64,000 bases of DNA. It comes from Folioceros fuciformis (Eukaryota). Below the pieces are notes generated by a model, which saw only the letters and a list, made by a program, of their open reading frames with translations, did not search any database and had not been told where the DNA came from. The position numbers and the translations under genes were made by a program. The stretch is from positions 84,582 through 148,581 of the forward strand of contig JBNGIO010006220.1 of assembly GCA_049999805.1 (NCBI GenBank), given 5' to 3'. Below, one piece after another: positions 1 to 11,221 of the stretch; the first letter of the stretch is position 1, and every line of letters begins with the position of its first letter.

Positions 1-12
1 TGTCATGCTGCA

Positions 13-3000
13 GATGGGGGAGGAATGTCAGATGGACCTACGGTTTCACAGCAGAACAGGGGGGGTCACGTCTCTCACAGCGTGTTAATGGGGACAATTA
101 ACATCCCAGACGGTGGAGAAGGTGCCATGCCTGATCTCAACAGGGTAAGATGCCAGCTGTATTAGAAGCAAATTGTGTGTTCAGGGTGGGGACAGAGAAT
201 TGGTGCAGTGTCGTTGGAATCTGGTATGGTAAGAGGGAAATTTAGGACTTCACCTGTTGGAATGATACGTAGTTCAGTTGGCTCCCTAGCACATCAAGGA
301 GGCGAAGCTGGGCCATAACTAGACCGTCCATTTTTGCGAACAGATAATTTCGGCTGTGCTCAGCACTGTAGGGCTTGGTCATGGAGTTCCTGGAGGCCTA
401 GGAGCTAATACTGCTGGTGTCACGGCCGTAAGTATTTACTTTTGCTGCTTTGATCAATGAGTTTCATTGTGTGGCCTTGTCTGCGCATGCACCCAACTAC
501 CCTACTAGCACCTGCATCTACAAATATGCAAACCTTCTTAGTTGCATCAGGGTTTACTTCCTGCTCGTGCACAGCAGCCTGCTGCATCACCTGGACAACC
601 AAGAATAGATGGCTTATCAGCAGCAGGTGCTGCAACTGATTTTTTGGAGCATCCTTTGCACACTGATTTGGAATTGCAAATCGATGCTTTATTTAGTCCT
701 TCAGCTATAGGGAGCTTGTCTGGAGCATCTGGTCCTTCGAGGAGCACATTTACTCATCCCATGGTTTGTTCTAACATGGTACTCATGTCCCTCAGTAGCC
801 TGATGAGCCCCTTGACCACCTCTCAATTGCATATCTTAATAACTAATCATCATCCTTAAGTCTCCAATATCCTGCTTAAGTTATGCTGAAATGCTGTTCT
901 GATTGTCTTTGTGCTCTTAAAAGCATTCACCTTCAACTTTGTTCCATTACCTTGAAATTGCGTTTTCAGGTTATACCTGACGCTTTGACAACCATGTCTC
1001 AGTACTTGGATCGCCTGGAGCAAGGATTTGCTTCAAACGGTAAGCCTGTGCATTATCTCCTGTGCCTTTGCACGAGTTCTAAGGCTTTGGGATGATTAGC
1101 TTTTGATTTTTGTATTCACAATCTCTCACTGTCTGTTCATGCAGAGGCCATGACTACTGGAGGAAATCCCCCGCAGTTACAGCACCCTGTGGAAAACCCT
1201 CCCACTTCTGGTTCATATCCGGTTCCTGGCCCCCCTAGCTTGGCTGTGCACTCTGCCCAGCCGAGCACGTCAAGTTCTGTGCCTCCTAGTGGTCATGTCC
1301 AGGAGCATTCAAGCACACCTGGGCCTCAAACTTTGAGTAGACGCCTGCCAACTCCAGCTGCTTTGGGTGCTCTAGTGCGACGTGTGCAAGGTCTATTGAG
1401 TGGCGGTGCTGGCACTGCCCTTTCGGTGGGTGACTCAAATCATTAGTTTTTATATGTTTCCAATCACTGATGGTAGGGTTTTACTTATTGAACTTTTAAT
1501 TACGTGTCTACTTATATAGATTCTTTCATTGTAGAGGCTTGCAGGGCAATTGGAAAATGAGCCTTCCATGAATGATGTTGGTGCAAGAGCTGAAGTACAA
1601 GCGGCTGCTCTTAGGGATGGAAATATGATCCAACAACTTGGAGCCTTGCTTTTGGAGCTTGGTCGGACCACTCAGAGTTTACGCATGGGTCAATCTCCTG
1701 TAAGTCAGTGCCTTGAGCTTACCGTGTCTAATTTGTTGATGGCCATGCTTTGACTGTGACTTGATTTTATTTTTGAATACCACAGGCAGAGTCAGGTGTA
1801 AATGCTGGACCTGCTGTTTTCATTTCACCGACGGGGCCAAATCCAATGATGATCCAGGTAATAAGTTACCCATGAAACCTGAGACGTGCTAAAACGTAGT
1901 GGTCTTGGAGCCCTCTGTTGTCGTGTGAAATCTAGTATTTCTGTTTTCAAATGCATGTGGCCCTGCATTGTGTGAAATTCATACAGTAACCGATCGGTTC
2001 ATTTATGACCAACTCGGCCACGTAGAAAGTGCTTACGGAGTCGAAATGCTTGCTGCAGCCTCCTCTAGCGTTCCCCACGGGTGGGTCATTGGGTGCTGTG
2101 CCAATTGGCACAGCTCAGCCAAATGGCGGTGTCTTTGTTCCTTCGCAGGGAGGCAGTTTAGGTCCCAGAAGTATTGACATTCATATACATACAAGTGACT
2201 TTGGGCTGCCCCCTGCATCTCCCTCTTCTTCCCCTTCCCCTTCTTCCCAGCAGCAGCCAGCTTCACGCTCGTCAGCTGGAACTACATCGGGTGCTCCAAG
2301 TCTTACCATGAGACACATGAGACAATTTTTTGAGCGTGTGGATCCTGCCAGTGGAGGTCAAAGTGCAAATGCGGAACCTGTTGGTTTTCGGGCCCCTGGA
2401 ACAGAGGAGGCCCTCAGTATGGGGCAACTGATCGACAGTGCGATGGCAGAGCAAAGAACAGATCCAGCTGCACAGGCTTCAACCGGAGGAGGTGCAGGCC
2501 ACTATCAGGGAGCCTTTCTGACTTTTGATGACTCCAGGTCAGTACGTTTGTTGCCAGCGAGGGGAAGACAGAACAATACAAGCACTGCTCAGCCGACCGC
2601 TGCCTCAGGATCAACGCATCCATCTGTTCGTGTTGCCCCAGAAAGTACTGTCTTGATGCACCATCCAACGTCTTCCAGGTTGCGTGATCCTAATTCACAG
2701 CTCCCAGTCAGACCTTCACCTTTAGGGGCCAACACAGCAAACGTGTCTGGGGTGGCGCCACCACCAGATTCTACTGCAGCCGTTCAACCAGAGCATCTTA
2801 CTGCAGTCTCTCAGCCAACTTACCGAGCCCAGATACATGTCCAGGGCTTGAGTGGTCAGGGTCTATCTCATCCTGATGGAATTTCATTTTCTCTTGGTCC
2901 CTCTGGAAGTGGGGAGTTTCGAATCCAGCAATCTCCGACTTCAAGAGGACAAAATTTGCAGGGTTCTCAGCATGGCGCATCTGGCTCAGCAGACATAAGG

Positions 3001-5625
3001 ATAGGTATTTAGTGTGAAGGTCTACGTGATTGCAGTGCCATGTGTCTTGTATGTCTTCTAATTCTTTGCTTTTGTCCCAGGTACAGGTATTGGTGTTGGG
3101 CAAGCTGCTTCAACTGCAAACAGTGTACCTGTTGGCGTTTCATCAGGCAGAGCAACATCTGATGCTGATGGTGGTGACAGAAATCCTGGTGCAGGAACAT
3201 CTAGTATTGGGGTTACCTCGATCATGGGATCAGTGGGTCCACTCTTGCAGCAAATAATGGAAGCCTATCAAAACAACCGTGCTGCCTCTCGTCAGCAGAC
3301 TGACCAGGTCTTCACTGTTCCTGTGAATGAGGGAACATGGAAGTAGCATGCCTTTCATGGTCCAGTTCATTCGTTTGTCCCTGAAGTATTTGCTCTCACA
3401 GGATCGATCGCCTCAGAAAATGGGCTGTCTCTTGTTTCTCATGCCTGTAATGTTAACAAGACTGTTGGACCTGTGCATAAGGTGAAGTTTTAGTGATCAA
3501 AGCTGAGGCCTGAGAGATTTTGCTGGTCGTGATTTGATGTTAATTTTGTGCAGGTCAATCAGCAAGAGGGTAGAGATAACCACCAAAATTCCGCAACTGT
3601 AGATGTCCATGATGGAGGACAAGCAGGCCACAATGAGTCCCAACAGCAGAACCCCCACCTGGCGAGTTCTTACGGGGTACTGTCGTCAGAGCCACCCGCT
3701 ACCGCTGGGACACGTGAAGGGATGGATATTGATGTGGATCAAACAAGTGACCTCAATGGTGGTGTGTCATCATTGACAAGTGAGAACCCTCCTGGCCCAT
3801 CAGAGGCTGTACCAGGGGCACAGGGTTCACAAGAGGTGCAGATTGAGGATAGTGGGAAAGATTCTACTGCTGAAGATGGTGATCATGCACCTCCTGTAGG
3901 GTTGGGTCTTGGTGTCCTGCAACCTCTTCCTTCAAGGGTGAGTTTGTCACGGACAACGTGGTTGTGCTCATGCAGCCTTTATTTGAAGATAGATCTTAAC
4001 TCGGAGTGTCCTTGCAGCCTCGGAGGCGCTCTCGGCGTCAACCAACTGTGGATGGAAATGCAGGCAGAGCAGTATCGCAGGCTGGGTCGATGGGACAAGG
4101 AGGTCCGAATGTGCTGCAGAATTTTATGTCACAGCTTGACAGATCTGAGAGTAGGCCAGAAGAAAATGCTTCTGAGCACTCCATGGGGCAGCAGTTGGCA
4201 GGTCTGCTTCCACTTCTTTGTGGTCGTGGTGGTACACAGAGTGGAGGAAGCGAGATTATGGCGCCGTTGATGTCTAACCCAGCAATAAGTGATCTGTTTA
4301 GATCAGTTGATGGAAATGCTGGTGTAGGGCTTGGTGGCATTATGAGTCAACTCATGGGGAATCCTCTTATGGGAAACATCGTTCGCCAGGTTATGGCAGG
4401 CATTGGTGATGAGGTGGGTATGGAAGAGGCTTTACCAAGCCGGCTGGACCGGGAAAGTCATGGCGGTCTTGACTTGGGTGCAATGCTACACCAAGTCATA
4501 CCTGTTGTCTCGCAAATGCTGGGCAGCGGGAGAAATACAGATGGGACAGCCCACCAGGTTTCTGGAGCTGGAGCACTTTCAGAAGCAGGTATTCAGGGTG
4601 GGGAGTCTCGCTCGTGCCAAGATCCAGATGGATCAAAGAGATGGAAAGATGCCCTGACGCAGGCCAGTTCCTGTTGCCTATGTCTCTTGCTGAGTGAGGA
4701 TTGGTCCTGTTCTGGTGGCTCTTGAATTCTGGAAAAGTGTCGACAACTGTGAAAATGTCTTATCTAGTATGTAGCAAATTGTAGTGGAGTTTTCAAGTTT
4801 TACCTGCTTGTGCAGGAAGAAGTGCCTTCCTGGACCGAAACTCTAGCGGCTGATTTCAACCATCAGCAGTCAATGCCTCCGCAGAGACCTTTCAGTGATG
4901 TTTATGCTCGCGGGTCACCTGTCGCTAAACGTCAGAAGGTGGGTTAAAGACTTTTTTCTCGTATCGGAGCTATTTTGTGTTGTTTTTGGACTTTTCATCT
5001 GTTGTGGGAGTGGTCCGTGTTCAAGATCGTGCAAATACAAGTGTACTCGCTGGTTTTGTGGTACACAGGGTTGTTAGCATCTGATATATGGTACTGGGTT
5101 TTCAAGTTGAGACTGTTGCTCATTATTCATGGCTTTGCAGACCGGTTTGGAAGGAACAGCACAGAAGTTGGAGAAAGGAGAACCTCCCGAGGACATCTTG
5201 AGGAGCATGGCCGAAAATGCGGCTGCTCTTTCATCGGAGAACGCGGGCCCAGCAAATGAGCTTCATACGTCAGAGCTTGTCCAGCATGTGGTGAGCACAG
5301 AAGGGCTTGCAGAGGTGAGTAGTCTTCGCTGTTTTCACGTATTGTAGCTGACGTACTGATTTTCATTGAGCTTGTCCGTGTTTCCAACTGGGATGGACGC
5401 ATATTGGGGGTGCGTGAAGCATTGCAAGTGGCATATTTTGCATGGGTATGGTGATGGATGGGTGCATCCTGCGTCTGGCAGGCATACATGGCTGTGCTAT
5501 CCCATGACCTTGCTGCACGGGTGGCAGCAGACCCCGATTTTGGCGATGGCTCCCGATTCCCGAATGCGGTTCGAGTCCTCAAGCAGTCGAAGGCGGTCAA
5601 GAAGCCTGTTGGAGAGCGACAATGA
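13..5625 (+). CDS. BAG6: Large proline-rich BAG6/CIP73-like protein (ubiquitin-like domain family), multi-exon, 5' end outside the window
   Basis: Spliced segments VIPDALTTMSQYLDRL, LGALLLELGRTTQSLRMGQSP, AESGVNAGPAVFISPTGPNPMMIQ, SIDIHIH, QRPFSDVYARGSP and terminal AYMAVLSHDLAARVAADPDFGDGSRFPNA resemble plant BAG6/CIP73. GT-AG introns; last exon 5482-5625 ends in TGA. Confidence 0.75.
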
Positions 5626-5933
5626 CTGGTTACGACTTTCGTGAGGAGGTAGAGGGCCACCTGTAGCAGTTACAGCACCTCCGAATGTACCCGTCTCCCG
5701 TGTCCTCGTATGACATGTAGGTGACTTACCGGTGCACAATTCAGTTTTCGCTTTTTTTTAAGCCCTTCTGGTGCGTGCGGTGCGCCGTGCGGAGATTTGG
5801 ATTTGGGCGAGCATGTGTGAAAGTTTACTTGGCAGCAATTGCTAAATCTTACTCCATTACGCACTCACTGTCCGCAGCCAAGTGCTGCCCAAGACACTTA
5901 ATTACTTTTGTTATTTTCTCTAGTGAAGTTCCT

Positions 5934-6830
5934 TTACAACTGGAAAGTTTTCTTGACGTGTGAGCGGAGAGTCTTTCTCTGTTTCACCACGTTGAGAGTG
6001 TGAGCGTCGGGCTCCAAACCTCGTCGCACCATCTCTAGAATAAGCTGCTTGCCCTTGTCGACGTCGTTAGTTCTCGCGCATATTAGTAACAACTCGTTGT
6101 ACACGGCTAACGGAGGGTCAATCCCATGCTCCTTCTTCACTTTGCAGAGCAGTGCAGAAATCGCAGCCCAAGCTGGTGGAGTGGCGGAACCAAGCCCCCG
6201 TACCAGGACTCCCATCACCACCTCATCAGCCTGCAAATGTCCGGGCCGGAAGTATTTTTCGAACGTTTGCAAAGCCAGCTCCATTCTCCCACACCTATAT
6301 GCGTTGATGAGGTCTGTCACCAACCTCGCATCCACATGTACCCCTTGTTCCACTAGAGTGGCAATCTCCTCGGCCACCTCTCGAACTTTACCTACTACCC
6401 CTGCATTTGCAAGCATCTGTAACTTCCGGGAAGTCGTTATCAACATCTGTTTCTCTTCATCTACAGCGCTATCAGGAGATCCGCGTCTTGCAATCTGGTC
6501 TTCGCTCCTTTCTCCTTCTAAGGGGCCCGCAGAGTCGTCGCTGCACTCTTCCTGGGGTCCTTTCCTGCCAAGCCCTAGGGTTGCGTGATTCACCAGGGCG
6601 CGCGTCACTCTCCTTCTGAAGTGATCACAGCGATGCGACCTCGGCAATGTTAGGTCCTGGGCCTGCTGTACCCACAATACCTGACTCCCGTGAATTGAAC
6701 GACCCGGGACTTCAATCACGGTCGGGGAAAGTGAGCTTCTTGGACGCCGGCCAGAAGAAGTATTTCCCGACAGGAGGACATTACCAACGCAGAGGAGTCG
6801 CAGCTGAGAGCATGATATGAAAGGGGCCAT
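5934..6830 (-). CDS. Small P-type PPR protein, probably organelle-targeted
   Basis: Single ORF with a Ser/Arg-rich N-terminus from ATG 6830 and about three degenerate PPR motifs (e.g. AVYNELLLICARTNDVDKGKQLILEMVRRGLEPDAHTL). Confidence 0.75.
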   Translation of the reverse strand: MAPFISCSQLRLLCVGNVLLSGNTSSGRRPRSSLSPTVIEVPGRSIHGSQVLWVQQAQDLTLPRSHRCDHFRRRVTRALVNHATLGLGRKGPQEECSDDSAGPLEGERSEDQIARRGSPDSAVDEEKQMLITTSRKLQMLANAGVVGKVREVAEEIATLVEQGVHVDARLVTDLINAYRCGRMELALQTFEKYFRPGHLQADEVVMGVLVRGLGSATPPAWAAISALLCKVKKEHGIDPPLAVYNELLLICARTNDVDKGKQLILEMVRRGLEPDAHTLNVVKQRKTLRSHVKKTFQL

Positions 6831-7348
6831 TGCAGGTCGCACCCAGTGGCCACCACCACGAGCTTGCAAGAAAAAAACATCCAAACCCCGTCTTGGCAAT
6901 ATGACTGTTGTCCAACTGCGGAAATTTTGCTATCGTGAAGTCCAGTTCCAACTTCCACCGATAAAGGTAGGATCCGCTGCACAACGGAATCAAGTTTTAC
7001 GATGACTTTGGAATTGCCGTTGCATGGGCAGAAACCGTTTAGTCTACTTGGCTGGAGACCTCAGCGCCGTGATGACCGGAGACTGGATAATTACTTCGGC
7101 TACTCTGAAGTAGGATTCGAGTAGATCCCCACCCCCACAGCGATCTGAAAGTACCAAGCACTAGAATCAACGGTTGCACGCAGGGAGAATGCACGACAAG
7201 AAAAATATGCACATGGCAGAATCTTTACATGGCCATCACACTTGGAGTGCTCCGCCTGCAAGGCGCGCAAACCTTCTGTGAGGAGCTGAATCCAGGAATC
7301 CGTGCACCTTTGCTGTTCATGGAGCCAGCGTGAAGAGACGTCACTTCG

Positions 7349-8864
7349 TCATTCTTCGTCACTTTCATCACTGAAGTATCCTGATCGTTTCTTGGGTCCC
7401 TGCCGTACAAAGAAACTTCCTCAGGAACAGCAATAATGAGGTCAAAGACCTACAAAACAAAGGACACCCTAGGATCATCTCACCTTCAACGTCTTCACTT
7501 GCTTTTGGCCTTTTCGAGCTCCTACCGAGTCTCCAAACCCAAGAGCACCCCTTCTCACAAGAACAAAGCGCAGGACAATCAGGTAGGAGACGCTCCACTC
7601 GACATGGGTGTACCAACTTAGAAAAACACTTCACAGTGCACAGAAACGGAAACATTTTGAAGCATACCGTGGTGCCACAACCGAAGCCCAGTCATCCGCT
7701 TCAAACTGTGCCTCATCAACTTCTTCCTCCTCACTAAAACACCATACAATTGTCACATATCATACTTAAGTGGGACACTGAAACGTGGCATATCATCACA
7801 GGACAGAGGGTACCGCAATCAACCTTTCTTCTTGCTCCTTCCTTCCACCTCTATCGTCCGGACCATACTGTCCTTTTCGTCTCTTCTTGGGGATTGGGCG
7901 CTCTCTGGCTCCTAACTAATATATCACCAAACAAAACACTGGATCATGTGTGCTTTCCTCTTGATATCCAGCACCACATCCAAGTCTCGCAAAACTTCGA
8001 GGAAGATGTACCTGATTTTTTGGGCACTCGTAAGATAGGTGCCCCTCTTGCCCACATTCATAGCACCTACTTTTATCCTTGTACACCTGTCACACGAGAG
8101 TATCACACAAAGTGAGATTGATGGTACAGCCTTGACAGTACCAAGTACAAAGTACCCACAGCAGGAGGGAGGCAGGTCACCGAGCAATAGTATGAGCACA
8201 TACACGTCGTCTTATGAATTCCCTTGCCCGGCCATTGTCAGCGGCGATGGACACCTTCAAAGTCCGCTTGTTCAGAATTTTCCCATTCATTACTTGCACC
8301 TGACACCCATAGCCAGCAAAGATGTTAATCTACTCCTGCTTTCTTCGAACCTAACTCGAAATTATGCACGAAATTGGGGTTGTGACGAACGGCATTTTGG
8401 GCATCCTCTCTGGCGAGATAGAGGATGAAGGCAACGCCTTTGCTCTGCCTCGATTTCCTGTCTTTCAGGACTGTCACCCTAGCAGCAAACCGACGTTGTT
8501 CAGTGACTCGAAATCCCTCAAGCCTGCAGAGGGTGCGGCCGAAGAAACACCCCCCGGGCCGTACATACGCCCTGGAATACTCACACACTCCAATCGAGCG
8601 ACAACACGCAACATCTGCAGTAAACACCTACTTGCCAATTTTGCCGCAGGTGCTGAAGATGGTGTGGATGTCGCTGTTGGTAAGAGTGAAGTCAAGATTG
8701 CTGACATAAACCGTAGATTTGGAAGGCACCAGCCCCCCGCTGCCGCTTTGTTTTCCTAACACGTGTCCACCATGTTGTTGGATCGCTGCTTGGTATTCCT
8801 CATCATCCTCCTCGTCGCTGCTGGCAGGGGGCCGCCTGCGAATTCGAGAACGAGCAGAAGCCAT
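7349..8864 (-). CDS. ZCRB1: U11/U12 snRNP 31 kDa protein (RRM plus CCHC knuckle), multi-exon
   Basis: Exons give [95 protein letters not shown] and C-terminal [14 protein letters not shown]. Confidence 0.9.
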
Positions 8865-9151
8865 ATCCCGTCCTTCCGAGCCCAGCTCAAAATTTACTCT
8901 TGAGGTACTTGGAGGCAAGCGAAACGAATAATGGGTTCAGCTAATATATGTGTACAGCATAGGGCTTTCACCGGAACAGAAGTAGAACTTGCCCGAAGCG
9001 TCCGACAGTTTCCTCTTTGAGCAACCTGGTCTCGAGTGGGCGCAGGTTATGATAACAACGCGTTGGGTCCAGGGTAAAGTGAAATCACGTTGCGCATCGA
9101 TGTGGCTTTGATTGAGGTTGAGCATTTCGGTCATCCGGAGAGCTCTGCAAC

Positions 9152-10307
9152 ATGGAGCTGAAGGCAGATGACGTGGTGAACATGGTGGGCAAAATAGATT
9201 TCCAACAGATTTGGGACGACTACTCCAGTGGGATCTTCAAGCTTTTGGCTGCACTAACCGCTGTTGTAGCCGCAATGCTGATTTCCTTCTCCCAAGGCCT
9301 GGGAATAGAGAAGGAGATGCTGTATGCCATGACACGGGCTTTCATTCAACTGTCCGTTATCGGTTTTTTTCTGGAGTTCATCTTTCAGCAGAAGAATGTG
9401 GGGTGGATCTTCATGGCTTACATGTTGATGGTAAGTTGATATGCTCCGAGCTGGTCGGTGAGGGGAGATGTTCGGGAGGTATTGCTCCAGTAGACTGAAT
9501 GCCGCCGTGTTTGGGACAAAACTTGTGGGACACCTTGGTTGATAGTCTCTGCTGGTTCCATCTCTTATAGGTAACAGTGGCAGGTTATACAGCTGGACAG
9601 CGTGCCAAGCATGTGCCACACGCCACGTACGTTGCAGGAGTGTCCATTCTGATCGGCACAGCATTAACAATGGGCATCTTATTTCTGCTCAAAATCTTTC
9701 CCTTCACACCTCGCTACATAATTCCTGTGGCTGGTATGATGGTGGGAAATTCGATGTCTGTGACTGGTATCACCTTGAAGCGACTGAGAGATGACCTCAA
9801 GCAGCAGCAAGATTTGGTATGTCCCCAACTACGAGAAGTGTTGTTTTCAGGTCAAGCTGCCCTGGTGCAAAGTCTTCTAGAGTACCTGCTGCACACACCA
9901 TCGTGCACATTTTTTCCCTCGATGGTGCTGTTCCTCGTTATTCAGAACCTGTCCTATGAGCAGGTTTAAGAGTGGGTATGGACCTGCAGATAGAAGCGGC
10001 CTTGGCTTTGGGAGCGACTCCACGGCAGGCAACTTTGAAGCAAGTACGACGGGCCCTTGTTCTGGGGCTTGCCCCAGTTGTAGACAACCTGAAGACAGTG
10101 GGACTTATCTCCTTGCCTGGTGCCATGACTGGGCTCATTATGGGAGGTGCCTCACCGACAGAAGCCATTCAGCTCCAAATTCTGGTGTTAAACCTGCAGC
10201 TGGGTGCATCCACCTTCAGTGCAGTGCTGGCGACGTACCTGACGTGGCCCTTCTTCTTCACCAAAGCTTATCAGCTGGAAGCAAAGATTCTCATTGCAGA
10301 CAGCTAG
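9152..10307 (+). CDS. ALS3: ALS3/STAR2 bacterial-type ABC transporter transmembrane subunit (UPF0014)
   Basis: Exons 9152-9430, 9571-9816 and 9990-10307. Motifs RAFIQLSVIGF, FPFTPRYIIPVAGMMVGN, EAALALGATPRQA, TVGLISLPGAMTGLIMGGASP. Confidence 0.93.
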
Positions 10308-11221
10308 CGTGAAATATGCAAGCCACGTACCTGGCCCTTTTGCTGCAAGTTCAGGCAGCCTTGTATTTCGGTATAGCTGTTTGTGTGTGTACAGCGAAAT
10401 AGAGTCATTACGCTTTTGGAGGCCGAGTAGGCCGCAACATCAGGTGTCTGGAGAGTCGAGATTGATGTTTGCTGCGAAAATTCAGTGCGTCACTGTAACA
10501 GGTTCAATCAGGGCTTGACTGTGATTGTCTAGGTGTTCGCTGTTTGCGAACGAGACCGACACATCGGTTGCCGCTGATAAATGGAAAGAGATCTATGAGT
10601 TGATTATGCTTCCTGTCTTCTTCGCTCTTTTCCATAGCTTGCAAGGCATAGAAATTCTTCTCGGAGAGGGGGTGAGAGGCATGAAGGGAGGATGAACACA
10701 GCGATTAAACATATCCGGTCTTTTCTCACGGGTTGGTTGTCTCAGCACGCATGACGAAAGGCGGCTGCCGCCGCCTGGTTGGCAAGAAATCAGATCCCCG
10801 CCAATGGTACAGATCGCTGCACGGAATTTCCGAGCCTCGGGAATCTGCATTAGAGCTACGGGAGGCAGTTGTGCACGATCACCTGGAGTGGTGGAACAAG
10901 GGTTTGTTTGAGGTAAACCATTGGCCACGTACCGTATCTCTTTTTGTCAAGCATAACAGTGGAGACTGATACTTGTGTGAAAATTGCAGACACGCTTAGA
11001 GTCTCCGGAATCGGTGCATAGCACAAGGAGATATGACTTCTGGGTACGGCAACCAGTCAAACCAGCGAAGCCTACGGGCTGGTATAACGAGTCGCAAGAG
11101 CCTGGTCTAGGCTCAGTCCATCGTGAGACCTCTAGCTGGTACGAATTTGATTTCGCTTTCGGTATGTGGATGATCTTACTCCCAGTGAAATTTCTTGATC
11201 TTGACATAACCTGCGATCGTC

